Position numbers and translations under genes: made by a program. The notes beneath the pieces were generated by a model that saw nothing but the letters and a program-made list of their open reading frames with translations, was not told where the DNA came from and did not search any database. A DNA stretch of 64,000 nt, from NCBI RefSeq assembly GCF_009914755.1, contig NC_060935.1. The stretch is one strand, 5' to 3'. The DNA is from the human T2T-CHM13v2.0 reference genome, Homo sapiens. Below, one piece after another: positions 30,546 through 58,632 of this stretch (position 1 is its first letter; each line of letters begins with the position of its first letter).

Positions 30546-31583
30546 TCAGTTTACAAAAATTAGTCTTGAAGTCATTTTTGCTTTTCAAAAATTTCTCTTC
30601 TAAATGATATAACCTTCTAACTTGCTTTGTAATAAAAACATGAGAAGATATTAGGGTAAAAATAGTAAAATGCTCTTGTTTGGAATCACATATGCTTTGA
30701 AATTAGTATTTTATTAGATATCTGTAGTAATAAAAATTAAAATTCTGGAGCCAACCTAGAATAAAGAATAATGCCTTAGGAAAAGGCATTAATTACTGGC
30801 ATAGACTTGCATGCTTATGTGGTATGGTAAATAAATTAAAGTCTAAGACAATTGAGTTATTAATCCTGAAAAGTAAGAGTCTGATGTATTTTATATTGCA
30901 TGTGTATGTGTATAATATACCGTCTCTATATAGTATTTACCCATGTATTTGTATAGTACATATACATGTATATGTAAATATACATATATTATACATATAA
31001 TAAAATATTGATGAATTATATATGTATAATAAAAAACTATTTGGTCAATTTCAAGATATAATTACAGTGTTCAATATGTGTAATACAGGGATATTCTATT
31101 GTATTAATGTCCAAACATATTTAAAACAATTCCTATATATAAATGTTCAAAAAAATCCTCTAAGATGTGATAGACATATTTATTAAATCCATTCTCTCAT
31201 TGCTCCTGATTTCTTATGTATGTTCAATTTCAATCTATTTGTCAAGCATAATAGCATTTTAAAGAATTATTTCTCACCTATCGAGGGAGCAAATTTTAAT
31301 TAAGTTACTAGACATAACTCACAAGAGCTAAAAGCAGCACAATTCAAATAAAAGTCAATCATCTCATTTGATAAATACACTGAAAAGTAGAACTCTGAAA
31401 CTGCAAGGTGATAAGAAAATGGAGGTAAAATATCTACAAGTCTATGTGTCATTAATTCATCTTTTAGTTTGAAAATAGTAAGGGTAATCAAGACAAGAAA
31501 CTACTTTGAAAAACAGGACATAAGATTAACGTCATTTAGACCACTGAACAATGACTAGTTCACTATGCAACTAATTTACTTAC

Positions 31584-31730
31584 TTGTCGTCATGCTCATA
31601 AATATTCAGACCCAAAGCATCAACACCTAGCCACAATTCAGTTCCTTTTTTATTTTTTATTTCAAAATAGTTGACTCCATACATTTCTAGATCTTGTGCA
31701 ATCTTCAGGTATTCCATCATAGAATCCTCC
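31584..31730 (-). CDS. RDX: RDX exon 7, aa 184-233
   Basis: caacag|[49 protein letters not shown]|gtaagt, 147 nt. Confidence 0.97.
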
Positions 31731-31922
31731 CTGTTGAAATAAAACTAAATGTAATATATTTAAGTAGGAGCATATCAAACTAAAGTTGCAAAATACCTGG
31801 AATTAAAAATTAGTACTTTACATAAGTCAAACAATCTTTTGGAAATAATGTAATAATAAATGTTACGACATGAAAATACTTTGAAGGAAAAAAGAAAACA
31901 TAGAAAATAGCTACCCAAATAC

Positions 31923-32006
31923 CTTAACATTCCTCTATGTTCTTCATGCCAGTTCTGTATTCTTTCTTCCCACTGTTCTTTTGTTAGTTTGTGTTGTTCC
32001 AATACA
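31923..32006 (-). CDS. RDX: RDX exon 6, aa 156-184
   Basis: tcttag|[28 protein letters not shown]|gtattt, 84 nt. Confidence 0.97.
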
Positions 32007-32672
32007 CTAAGAGGACCAAAAAAAAAAAAAAATTATAATGACTTTAAGATTCAAAAGCATACACTTTAAAAGTAAAGAATCCTTTCAGTAACTTGACTGT
32101 GGTAGTTGTCAGACAATTAATACACATGATGAAATTGCATAGAACTAAATTACATACACACAGAAATGAGTGCAGGTAAAACTGATGTAATCTGAATAAG
32201 GTGGCTAGATTGTACCAATGTCAATATCTTGTTTGTAATATTGTACTGTAGTTACACAAGATGTTACCATCAGGGAATGCTGGGAGAAGGATACCAGGGA
32301 TCTCTTTTTTTTACAACTGCATAATAATCAGTAATTATCTCAAAGTTAAGTGTCTAGGATCCTTAAATTCCTTGAAATAATACTTGCTCCATAAAGTGAT
32401 TACAAAGATAGCTTATAGGAACCCAAACAGTTCAAAGGAATAAAACATTAGATAAAAAAATGGCTCATTGTTAATAGATAAAGACCAGACTGAAAACCAG
32501 AATTCTTGGGCCCTAATTCTTCCTTTATGTATTTACTTTTTTGCTACTAATTTTGTTGTTTTAGGTAGGTAATACTTTCAATTAAAAAGTAGAGTGAAAA
32601 GTCATACTCCAGTCCAATACCCCCCAAATAACTTGTTTTTGTATCCTTCCAGTGTTCTTAATTCAAATGTGA

Positions 32673-33055
<383 letters not shown>

Positions 33056-33796
33056 AAATACAAACATTATATTCTACTACTACTATTTTAACACCAAATC
33101 AGCAAAGTCAACATGATTATAAGTTACCTACTATGCACACTACAGTTTGTGACTTCTATTCTCTTTGGCTCATATGATAATTATTCACCTTTATTTACCA
33201 GATCCTACTTTACTGACAGCAGAAGCTGTGGTGTTAAAATATTACTGTTTTACTATATAAAAAATCTTGCATGAAACCCAAGGATTTCTTGGCAGCATAA
33301 AGGAATGATAAAATCTCCCCCTGGATAAGTTACCTACTACTTAGAGTAAATTCCTTAAAGGGGTCTCAGACATACTGTTATGTTCTTATTATACTCTGCT
33401 CCTTTCTCTAGGCATCTTTTCCAAGCTCTTGCTTTTGGGGAGAAGAGTTTTATCTTCCTTCTGAGAGAGCTTAGGTTTCCACAGTTTCTTGTCTTTCTTG
33501 CTGTCTGGCCTCTGGGCTCACAGAGAGGCATGCAATCAGCCTTGGAGACATAACCCAGTGCAGTCAATTGCTTACCATAATTATATGCCCAATGCCAGTA
33601 CTAAAGAGGGCCTCGAAAATTTGTAGAGTGAATAAATGAATTAATCAATTTTTCCCAACCCCTATTTTTTTTTCTTTTTCAGAGACAACTTTCTTTTATG
33701 GACTGTCCATTATACACTAACCTCAATTTCCATACCTGACATCCACTGCCCCCAGTCTACCATAATCTGGCTCAAACACCCAATACTCTATGGTAA

Positions 33797-34810
<1,014 letters not shown>

Positions 34811-36107
34811 TGAGGTCCAACAAGATCTGTCCTAGGTCTTTTTCTCATTTTTATGTACTTGGTAGGTTGATCTCTTTCATTCTCATGGTTTAATTACCAT
34901 CTATTCACTGATTACTCCCAAAACTGTATCTATAGTCCAAGACTGTTTCTAAAAGGTCTGCACCCACATATGCAAATAAATACCAGATATCTCTCTTGGT
35001 TATATTGCACATATTTCAAACTCAATAGGTTCAAAACTGAATTCATCTTCCCCCTCAAATGTATTTTTTCTTCCACTCATTTTGATAAAAGGTATTACCA
35101 AATACCCAGCCGCCCAAGTCAGAAACCTGGTATGTAAAAGTTTATGTATATTTAGCTCTTTTCAAAGGGAAGCAATACTATCTGGTGGAGCTAATTATCT
35201 ATACCACAAGAGCTAAACTTTTCTACAGTAAGAACAGATTGCTCATCTGGGTTTTTCAATACAAGAAATCAGAATGTATCAGAATCACTAAATTATTTTA
35301 TTTGATTTGTTATCACCAAATAACCTAATTACTCATTTCCTCCCCAGACTGTACTTAGATACTGAGAAAAAGTGTCCGATATACCATACTGGAATAAGCC
35401 AATCACTGTGAAAATATCCTCTCTGTTCTAAACAGAAAATGAAAAAAAAATGGTATTCTAACTTTATGACTAAGTCTCATTTTAAGATAACATGGCTTGA
35501 ATTAGTCCTCCATGGAATATCAACTCTGAAGGAACAACTGACCTACAAAATTAAGGAACAAATCTTGAAATAGGCATTTGCACTAGCAACCACAAGCAAC
35601 CCTATCTAAAGCATTTAGCCACCTTCCTTCTTTTTAAATAGAGTAGGTTAGAGCACACCCATATTTAAAATAAACTGTGCTTGTGTGTTATTGTAGTGTT
35701 TAAGAGATTTTTTTCAATCACATGAGTTATGAAATGTAAGCCAATTACTTCATCTGCTGCTCAACCAAACAGCAATCTGGCTTAACACTGAAAGATCAAT
35801 GCTGTACTTGTTTAGATAAAGCATTCCTATTCTTTAACATTTAAAAAAAAAATTAAAGTAATTCTGATTATAAAACAAAAGGTAATCCTTATATGAAATG
35901 AAATTCCACCATAATAGTCTGATTACTCAATTCAGTAATCTAAGATGAAGAATCTTAGGTTAGAATAACATTCAAAACCAGAATATAAACAGACTATCAG
36001 ATATCTCATATTCCTGACTCTCTTGGTGAACAACTTACATAATTCTATCCTTTTCCAAGGTGACTACTATTGCTACAAAATTAAAGGGCGGAACACTGTG
36101 ACATTTA

Positions 36108-37712
<1,605 letters not shown>

Positions 37713-37775
37713 TTATTTATAGACTTCTAGAATACAATTTTCAGACAATATAATGCAAACGCATGTTTCACTTAC

Positions 37776-38050
37776 CGCTGGGGTAGGAGTCTATCATTAG
37801 CCAGGTAGCCTGGCTTATGAATCTCTTTATTGTAATCTCCATACTTGGCTTGGACAGCATAGGAAGCCAAAAGAACTGCAGTTTCTGGCGGGCAATATAT
37901 CTCATCATTTAAGATGGCTTCTTTAACTTGCAAGAAGAAGAGTCTCTGGGTTATTTCTTGAATTAATTCCTCAGAAACATCTTCAGGAAAGAATTTAGCT
38001 CTAAACTTGAACTGTAAAGGATTCTCTTTTTTAACATCCTGCTGTGTTAC
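37776..38050 (-). CDS. RDX: RDX exon 5, aa 65-156
   Basis: ttccag|[25 protein letters not shown]...DRLLPQR|gtaagt, 275 nt; matches ORF 37772..38068. Confidence 0.98.
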
Positions 38051-38594
38051 CTGGAAAAATAATTTCAAGTATAATCAACAAAAATCTTAAGTTTACAATA
38101 ATTAGACCTAGTCACATCAAATTCTTTTTGGAAGAAAATGAAGTGAAATAGATTCTAAATCTATGAAGATTTTAGTGTGTAATAGTCTAAATCTGTAAAC
38201 AAATATATGTGGTAAAAGATTCTATGCTCTTGAATGTGACCTATAACTCAGATTCTAATAACCAAATTGAAAACTTTTTTTCATATTCTTGAGAAGCTTA
38301 TCCTACAGGTATTTACATCAAAATTGAAGTACTTAGTATGCCATTTGTAATATCTGCTTTAATATTTGTTATAGGCTAAGTTTTCAAATAGGAAAAGTAA
38401 GCATTTCTTTTTTTTTTTTTTGAGATGATAAGCTGATGGTGCCTGATTGAATTTAAAAAAACATGGTACCTCATAATGATTAACAGATAACTACAAAAGG
38501 AAGCTTGCAATCAGTCAGACTTAGCTTTTCCAGCACAAATTCATAACTTCAACTTAACATAATTATTAGTTTAATGTTATCGTACATATTTTAC

Positions 38595-38690
38595 CTTTTT
38601 ATTTAGTTTAAGCCATGTAGAATAACCTTTGCTGTCTACATACTGCAGCCCAAAAAACCAGACCTCACGCAAACCAACTGTTTTCACCAC
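38595..38690 (-). CDS. RDX: RDX exon 4, aa 33-64
   Basis: ttttag|[32 protein letters not shown]|gtaaaa, 96 nt. Confidence 0.97.
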
Positions 38691-38885
38691 CTAAAACACA
38701 ACAACAACAAAAAAACACAATTTCAGTCCAACATACACATTGTGTCTAGATGATACTACACTTCAAAAGGAGAACAAAACTATGTAAGTATACGTATATT
38801 CCTTTGCCATAGAAAAGGCTTTCCCTAAATTTAAGATATTAAAGGAACATTTTTGAAAACTCAAATTCAAGTTTTCTATACTCAA

Positions 38886-39287
<402 letters not shown>

Positions 39288-39857
39288 TGACCTCAACAAT
39301 AACAAGAGTCTTGAAAATATATATATATATATATAGTTTTCATAATCATACGTTCCAATTTCTATTTACCCCCACAAGTACCCTATTGGTATATTTAGGG
39401 CAAATGGTATCATTTTGGTGATAAGAAAAGTCTGATATATTCCATGTTCTACCTTCACTGAGCAAGAAACCATTCTTAGAACATACCATAAATTCCACCC
39501 TTCTACAATTTTGCTGATGTTTTTTCCTCTGCCTAGAATGGGTCTTCTGTATTTTTATGACTTATTGAACAATTTATTCTTTAAGGACAAGCTCAACTAA
39601 CGTGCCTTCTGTGAATAAAGCTCTCCTACCATCTAGATAAAATTAATCACTTGTTCCCTGATATTCCCATAGGACTTTATCTATCCTGCTATTAGAAAAT
39701 TTACTCTATCATAATTGTGTTATTAGCAGTGTGTCTATTTACCCTCCTTGACTGCATAATACTTATGGACAGAGATTATTGATTTATGTGTCTTAAAATC
39801 CATAGCATCTCACAGAATGATCAGCCTGTGGTAGATACTCAAAAGTAAGACTAAGTA

Positions 39858-42140
<2,283 letters not shown>

Positions 42141-42794
42141 GCAAAAAGTGAGAAATTTCTAGAAGATGTGGAATATAAAGTCTCATACTGATAATGCAAA
42201 AGCTGATCAATGTCAAACAATGAAAAATTCAATGTGGACAAAAGGAGATTCCAAATAATCTAACTTTGGTAAAAGACAGATTGCCCCAGCAGTGCCATAG
42301 AAAACATTCAAGCTTGGAGCGGCAGGAGTAGTAATGTACAGGTCAAAAGCAGCAGAGAGAAGTATAACAAAGCAGCTGGGCTCAGCTTCTGCCTCCACAC
42401 TCTGTGAGATTCACAATGGTAAGTAAAAGGGAGATGCCCCACAGTGGGCACAGGGGATAATAGCTTAACTAACTTTAGACTATTACACAAATACAAGGAA
42501 CAAGAAAGCTCAGCTGTGAAATTCCCTAAAAGGCCCTGTCTCCCCAGTGGTTCTCTACTTCTTCAGAAGGTGCTCCTAGAATGTTTTTTTTTTAATTAAT
42601 ATATTTTAGTGAGGCTGTCCTTTAAGCTCCCATAAACTTCTGATCACATACTTTTAGAAGTGAATCTGCTTGGGCACGTAACTATAACATAGGTATATTT
42701 ATTTACAAGTTACATACTATCATGCTAATACACTATAAAGCATATATTTTTAAAAATGTTTAAAAATACATATTATATATACATATATATATAT

Positions 42795-43089
42795 TTTTTT
42801 AATTAATTTATTTATTTTTTTGCCCAAACTGAAGTGCAGACCGCAACCTCTACCTCCTGGGTTTCAGCAGTTCTCCCACCTCAGCCTCCTGAGTAGCTGG
42901 GATTACAAGTGTGCACCACCACACTCAGCTAATGTTTGCATTTTTAGTAGAGACAGTTTTGCAATATTGGACAGGAAAAGGTACAGTAAAAATATGGTAT
43001 TACACTCTTGAACTCCTGACCTCAAGTAATCCTCCCGCCTTGGCCTCCCAAAGTGCTGGGATTACAGGTGTGGGCCACCAAGTCTAGCC
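42795..43089 (-). mobile_element. Alu (deleted, carrying a 35-bp non-Alu insert)
   Basis: Alu motifs interrupted at 42975-43009. Confidence 0.85.
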
Positions 43090-43564
43090 TAAAAATATAT
43101 TTTAATACTTCTTTCACCGTAACAGATGTTCTTGCACACTCTTTGGGGGTATGAACACTCTTTACACTAATCCCACAAGAAGCAGCTAAAGGAGAAGGCT
43201 AGTCAAGAAAAAAGTCAGCAAGAAGCAAACCAAAGGACTTCAAGCACTCAGAGTCCCCAAACACAGAGCAGCTGGCCTCGATTTAACATCATAATCAGAC
43301 ATGGGGCTTTACTACACATGTACTCATGTAGCTATGTGCTCTCATTTTAGAGGACCCAGTTTACCCCTGGCTTGACCTGAACCTGCCAGCTTATCCCACA
43401 CACACTACATACAAAAGTAAAGTCTGCATTTTTCGATCCTTGCATTTGAGTTCAAGGAAAGTTCATCACTGCATTTGAGTTCAAGGAAAGCAGTCAGGAA
43501 ATAGAACAGGGACTAAAGAACTGCTGAGAAGAGTCCATAACAGATAACAATACTCAATAATCTA

Positions 43565-43862
<298 letters not shown>

Positions 43863-43949
43863 ATTTTTTTTTAATAAAGAAATAAGTAATAATAACCTGG
43901 ACCATTTACAATATGAACTGTGTGTGCATGTGTGCGTGTGTGTGTGTGT

Positions 43950-44297
43950 AGTCAGGGTTGCTTAACGATGGGGATACATTCTGAGAAATGCATCGTTAGA
44001 CAATTGCATCATCGTATGAACATCAGAGTATACTTAAACAAACCTAAATGGTATAGCCTACTACACACCTAGACTATATGGTACAGCCTGTTGCTCCTAG
44101 GCTACAAACTTGTACAGCATGTTACTATATTGAATACTGTAGGCAACTCTAACACAACTGTTAAGTATTTGTGTATTTAAACGTATCTAAACATAGAAAA
44201 GGTATAGTAAAAATATGGTATTACACTCTTACGGGACCACTGTTGCATAAGTGGCCCGTCACTGATCGAAATGTCATTATGCGGCACATGACACTGT
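43950..44297 (+). mobile_element. Tigger3a (MER7A)-like DNA transposon
   Basis: GCTTAACGATGGGGATACATTCTGAGAAATGCATCGTTAG ... CCTACTACACACCTAG ... CGAAATGTCATTATGCGGCACATGAC. Confidence 0.85.
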
Positions 44298-45645
44298 ATT
44301 TATCTACATAAATAGAAAGAGATATACACAAAACCATCAAATACTGTTCTACGCACTTTACATAGATTTTCATTTAACTCTCACAATAAACCTCTGAAGA
44401 AGTAATGTTACCATCATCCTAATTGTACAAACGAGAAAAATAAGACAAAGAGATTAATTTGTCCAAAGTCAAACAGCTGCAACTACAACTATTGCAGGCA
44501 GTGTGACTCCAGTGCCCACACTTCTAAACCACTGTACATCACTGCCCTATAATAAATGGTTTCATTTTCCTGTATCCAAGTGAAAGTAATTCTACTTAAT
44601 AAAAAACAAGTTTTATTTCTCAGTATACAATACCAAAGAGGATAACTTGCTGATTAGTTTTTGGCTGCCACAAACATCTCACTTACTATAAATAACATTT
44701 CAATTTGCTATGAAGTACAATAAATGCTAACTCTATTCACATTTTTTTCAAATAAGATAGACTGTATATTCACAAACAGGAGGCACAGAAGAATCAACAG
44801 AAGTGGATATTATACCAGAACAAAAGTGGTTTGGAAAAAAGAAAAAAGTGGAGATTGGTTCACAAGGTGTGGTGAACTTAGCTCTTTATGATTTTGCTTT
44901 AAAATTTTGCACATCCACACAAAAAGCTTTTCATGATCCAAAAAGGCCTTATCAGGACTTTTAAATTTATGAATTACCAAATCAGGAGATTAAGTATATT
45001 ACTTGTCAGGAGAATAAACAACTTTAGAGAATTTAGAATTTTTATTTCATCAGATTTGAATCTGTATTTGACAGAATGACAACTAACAAAACCAAAGTAT
45101 CTAGTGTTACTTACTGCTGAAATGCTAGAAACTCTTTCCTTCTTTAAGATCAAGTTATTCTGACTACAGGCTATTGCTCTCCTGCTCCTAAGAAAAAGTG
45201 TACGTGAAGTTTATATAAAAGTTATCCTCCTCTAAGTTTCATGCCACACATGATATATACCACCTTCCTCTGTCTTTGCAACAGTTTCTTCATGTTCTTA
45301 CTTAATCCCTGGGGCCAATCCCTTACCTCGTTTTCTCAGCAAAACTTGCTTACATTGCAATACAACATTATCTGGGAAGCTTAAATTTTAAAATACTGAT
45401 AATTTAGAGTAGGCCCAGACAATTAAATCAGCATCTCTGGAAGGGGTTTCCAAGCACTGTCTCCTTTCCCTTTTTTTAAAGCTCCACAGGTGACTAATAC
45501 GCACTCAAGACTGAGAAGAAAGATAAGATCAGTAGTCCCAGTTCCTTAACATACCGGATACCTGACCTCCATATCCCAACCTTTGCCTCATACATTATGA
45601 ACCTATGACACCAAATTGTTGTTAGGGATCTCTGTATAGCCTATA

Positions 45646-45986
45646 CAGGTTGAGCATCCCTAATCCAAAAATCCAAAATCCTAAATGCTGCAAAATCTGA
45701 AACCTCTTCAGTACCAACATGACTCTGCAAATGGAAAGTTCCACACCTAACCTAACGTGATGGGTCGCAGTCAAAACTCAGTATGCATAAAATTATTTAA
45801 AGGATTTTATAAAATTACCTTCAGCCTATGTGTATAAGTTGTACACAAAACATAAATGAATTTTGTGTTTAGACTTGGGTCCCATCCCCAAGATATCTCA
45901 TTATACATATGCAAATATTCCAAAATCTAAAAACATCCAAAATCTTCTGGTCCCAAGCATTTTGGATAAGAGATGCTCTCAACCTG
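45646..45986. mobile_element. Tigger4 (Zombi/MER46)-like MITE with both TIRs and TA duplication
   Basis: TA|CAGGTTGAGCATCCCTAATCCAAAA ... TTTTGGATAAGAGATGCTCTCAACCTG|TA. Confidence 0.88.
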
Positions 45987-46305
45987 TAATTCCCTATGCC
46001 TTTCACTCCTGCTGTTCCTTCTGCCCAGGATTCCTACTCATTTCACTCAACAACTTTGTGGATTATCCTTGAATCCCTTTTAGTCACCATTACAATGATT
46101 CTCATAAATGTTAAATAAATACCTGCTGAAAATTATTTTCGAGAAGTCCTCTCCCACAAATGTAGGAATGTGAAAGAATAAAGAATATCCCTACTGCTGT
46201 AGTAGGGATATCTGAATAGCTACTATGAAAAATTCCAAGTGGTACACTGTTGGATTATCAGCAAAAGTACAGAAAAACAGAGAAAGAGGTATGCAACAAC
46301 ATTCA

Positions 46306-46470
<165 letters not shown>

Positions 46471-46757
46471 TTATTAGGCGTGAGAAAACTTTTATGATTT
46501 TCTTTATTAAAGTGATAAAGTTTTATTTTAATCACAAGAAATCTTAAATCTATTTGAAAAACAAAGAGCTTATAAAGTCCTCATTTAGGAACATCTATTG
46601 AATACTTAACATATACTGGGCACTAAGCTATGGGCTTTCCATACTCTCATTTAGCCCTTGCTATAATACTAGGAGATACTACCTTTATTTCTACAGAAAC
46701 GCAAAGAGTTTCCATTATTCACCTAAGGACACGTGGATATTAAAAGGCAGAGCAAGA

Positions 46758-47391
46758 GCTGGACATGGTGCCTCACATCTTTAGTCCCAGCACTTTGGAA
46801 GGCCAAGGTGGGAGGATCTCTTGAGGTCAGGAGTTTGAGACCAGCCTGGGGAACACAGCAAGACTATGAAAAATTTAAAAATTAGTTGGGTGTGGTGGCA
46901 TGTGCCTGTTATTTCCAGGAAGCTGAGATGGGAGGATCACTTGAGCCTAGGAGTTTGAGGGCTGCCGTGAGCTATGATTGTACTACTGAACTTCAGCCTG
47001 CACAACAGAGCAAGACCCTGCCTCCAAAAACAAAGCAAAACAAAAAAGGCAAAGGAGGTATTTAAATTGAGGTCTAACTCCAAATTCTTTGAATGTGATT
47101 CACTATCCCATATTTCTTTCAACATGAAAATCAGATTTCATTTTATTCATACTGTAAATACATTATTCGCTTTAGGAAAGCATTTATCTACAGTGCTTTA
47201 TTTGCTAGATTCTATTTTTTGTTGTTTTTAGAGACAGGGTCTCACTATGTTGTGCTCAGGCTGGAGAGCACTGGCCATTCATGCGTGCAATCATGGCACA
47301 CTGCAACCTTGATCTCCTGGACGCAAACCTATACTCCCACCTCAATCTACCAAGTAGCTAGGAGCACAGGCGTGTGCCGCCAGGCCTAGCT
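46758..47391. mobile_element. AluJ-like 46758-47048 (+) and partial Alu 47215-47391 (-)
   Basis: Diverged Alu motifs. Confidence 0.82.
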
Positions 47392-47979
47392 CCAAACTCT
47401 ATTTTAAATAATAATTTTATTGTGTAAATACCTAATATCTCAAAAACTTAACACGCCTTACCAAAATAATTTTACCACAGAATAGCATCTTCACCTAGAA
47501 TTCTTCACATGATCCAAATATATCTTTTTAGCTTTTTAAATTATTTTATCTTTTATTAACTTATTTCTCCTTTAATTTTCCCACACTTCATTTGCTGTTT
47601 CTGTATCGATTTTCTAACAATCTTTACTTTTCCCTTAACCAGTATAAACCTGTAGCGATTCCTACTAACACTGTTTCTGTAACAACTGTATTTAAAATTT
47701 TATATTAATACGTATTACTGCATTTGTTTTTATGTATCTTTTTCCATCAGCCTGTAGGTTTACTGAGGACACAGCTTGTGCCATTTTATCTAACTTTAAC
47801 TCACACTATAAAAACTCTAAATCAGACTTCTTATTTCCCCATATGTCTAACAATCACAACCTCAGCACATTATAGCTTTCACCTGGAATAACTTCTGTAA
47901 TCAGATCTTACAGATTCATCCTTCTTTAAAATAATCTTATTTTTTTCTTTTCTAAAACTGTATCTTATTAAGAAATGAT

Positions 47980-52520
<4,541 letters not shown>

Positions 52521-53145
52521 CCTTTTTTTAATTCTTCTCTCCCTCTAACAATGCATACTTTGCGACCTGCTGAGTCTTTAAGTCATTCTGAAGTGTTATC
52601 CGTGCTAGAAAATCCCAAAAATGATAACTAATGACTTTCTTTAAAATTATAATTGGCCAAAAGAAACATTCAAAAAAAAAAAACAACTCACTTTATTAGA
52701 TTAAGAAAAGAACATTTACACCTTAAGAATAAAGGAATCCTTAGTCAAGAAGAACCAAATAACTATAAAACTAAGTAAAATAATCACATGTGTACCCTTA
52801 AATAAAAAAAATCTAAGACTATATAATATCAGTATGGGTAACACTTGCATCTAAACTACAATTATGAGAAAACTAAAATGCATAGATCTTCCTGACCTCT
52901 CATTATTTCCTCCCATTTAACAATGTTACCATTTACTGGGCACTAAATATATATCAGATTCTTCTAACCCTTACCATACTCCCTTGGGTAACTAATTATA
53001 TCCCATTTTATATGCAAGGAAATTAAAAATTGGACAGATTGAGCTAAATTAACAAAGGTCACCCAGATTGGTGGCAGAACCAAGGTAACAACTAAGACAG
53101 TTTGACCTTAGAACTCATGACCACATAATACCATAGTATTATGGT

Positions 53146-53341
53146 CTGGCCAACATGGTGAAACCCCATCTATACCAGAAATACAAAAATTAGCCGGGCA
53201 TGATGGCAGGTGCCTGTAATCCCAGCTACTCAGGAGGCTGAGGCAGGAGAATCACTTGAACCCAGAAAGGAGAGGTTGCAGTGAGCCGACATGGTCCCAC
53301 TGCGCTCCAGCCTGGGCAACAGAGCAACACTGTGTTTCTAA
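53146..53341 (+). repeat. Tail-less Alu fragment, 99% identical copy of 54785-54980
   Basis: 194/196 identity by manual alignment. Confidence 0.95.
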
Positions 53342-53493
53342 TTAATTTGGCCACATTAATCTAAAGAGAAATAACAGTAGTATCAGTGCCTTTTTCTTCC
53401 AACAACTCTACCAACATTCTTTGTCTTGTTCCAAAACGAATTTAATGATATCTTATTATTGAGACACTGTCAAATGTAATAAAATACACTTAC

Positions 53494-53505
53494 TGGTTTC
53501 GGCAT
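53494..53505 (-). CDS. RDX: RDX exon 2 coding part, aa 1-4 (MPKP), start codon
   Basis: ATG CCG AAA CCA followed by donor GTAAGT. Confidence 0.95.
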
Positions 53506-53569
53506 TTTCTTTCTCTTTTTGTTACCTTCTTTAAAAATTCTCCACTTCAATGAATTCTGTTATCACTTT
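53506..53569 (-). other. RDX: RDX exon 2, 5' UTR portion (64 nt)
   Basis: Acceptor T-tract+AACAG ends at 53570. No upstream ATG in the exon; start context GAAAATGC has A at -3. Confidence 0.85.
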
Positions 53570-54053
53570 CTGTTAAAAAAAAAAAAGCATAATCTATTAT
53601 CTTTTTATATAAGGTTTCTATTTTAACTATAATTTGTGTAAGATATAAATTAAAATATTTGAAAAGGTGGATTTAAAGTAACAAGGAGTGATTTCATTCT
53701 CATTTTCAATATCTTCTACTAGCATTGCACATTCCCTAAGAAGACTGAAATCTGAAGATTAAAAATACCACACATCTCAAATAACATGTTATAAACACAC
53801 TGATCTAACCAGAAGTTTTAATTACAGACAACAAAGAACAAGGAAACATCACTGCTTAGAGCCCAAAAGCTTGCTCTCTGAGTCAGGTTCATCTCTGTAT
53901 CCAGGATGTTAGAGAAAGGAACAATAAAAGTGAAGACAGATGGATTCAGACTCTGAAGAGCTTAAGAATACTTATTCAATGTTTTTTTTCTGTACTGCCA
54001 AAAACAAAAGGAAATTCTGATTAATGTAATCTACAAAAAAATGGAAGAAACTA

Positions 54054-55922
<1,869 letters not shown>

Positions 55923-56466
55923 TGACCTATAACCTATTGGTTCAGAAAAATTGCTTCATCTCACATTTCATAGAACAATTTTATTCAAATTCTTCACACA
56001 TATATAAGACATGTGTGTCTGCATCAAAACTTTGGCCATTTTTTGAATCATAATAGTTGTTTAGATTACATAAGCATTTTTTTGAATCAGTAATACAATC
56101 ACTAAAGGTTTTATCCTAAGCCAAAATGGCTTGTCCTAAGTTACGTGGGCAATAAATGGCCAAACTACAAGTCTTTTGACACCTAGCATCCAGAGTTCTA
56201 CAACGTATCAGCCTGTCTTCCTTTTTTTTTTGATATGAAAAGACTGCTAACTAATTTCATTTGTGGAAATATACCTGAAGAAAATATTAACAAATATGTA
56301 TAATGATACAACTACAAAGACTCTAATTATAGTACAATTTATAAAAGTATATGTAAAACTGAGAGTTTAGCTAGGTCAGTCATGGTATATCTAAGGATCC
56401 ACTAGATCACAATGCAGCCTATCAAAATGTTATAGAAAAATACTAAATGACATAGGAAGATATTCA

Positions 56467-57510
<1,044 letters not shown>

Positions 57511-58264
57511 TTTTTTTAAAAATAATCTAAAACAAACAAACAAAAAGACAGACTTGAAAAAAATTATAGTTTTGGAAGAATAACATAATATGACTAAGAA
57601 AGATATATAGGTTATAATAAAAACAGATAAATATATTTTATTTTAAATCTCTACATAGGTAAAATAAATACCAAAATAAAAGAGTAGAAAAATTTGCAAC
57701 AGTATAATAAAGCTGTTATGCAAAGTAATCAAATGGTTAAATATATAAAGATATTGCTCAGATTCCACTCAGTAAACACTTCAATAAGAAACTTCGCCAA
57801 CAAAACTTACGTTAAAAAAAACACACAAATGTTCTACTGATTAAAACTACAAATGTTTTACCAATGATATACTCATTAAACTAGCAAAATAAATATTAAT
57901 TACGCATGCTAAGGTTGACGAACAACGTTGGTAAACAAGTAGGTAAGTATTGTAGGTATCACCAGATATTGGCTCCACATTTCCAGAAAGTAGAGAGAGA
58001 ATACATAACAAAAGCTACACAGCTTTTTTGAATGTGAAATTCTGCTTTTGTAATAAATCCTCCAGAAGATATTTCTCCCCCCAAACTAAATATAAAAGAA
58101 AGTAATCTGTATCAAGATATTCACAGCAGCATTCTTTACAATAGCCAATGATTACAATCACCAAAGTAATGTTGATACTATGTGATAACATGGACTTCTC
58201 CAGGGTTGTGGGGGTTTTTTATTTGTTTTTTGGTATTATTAAAACAAACTGTGTCAACATTTAG

Positions 58265-58632
<368 letters not shown>

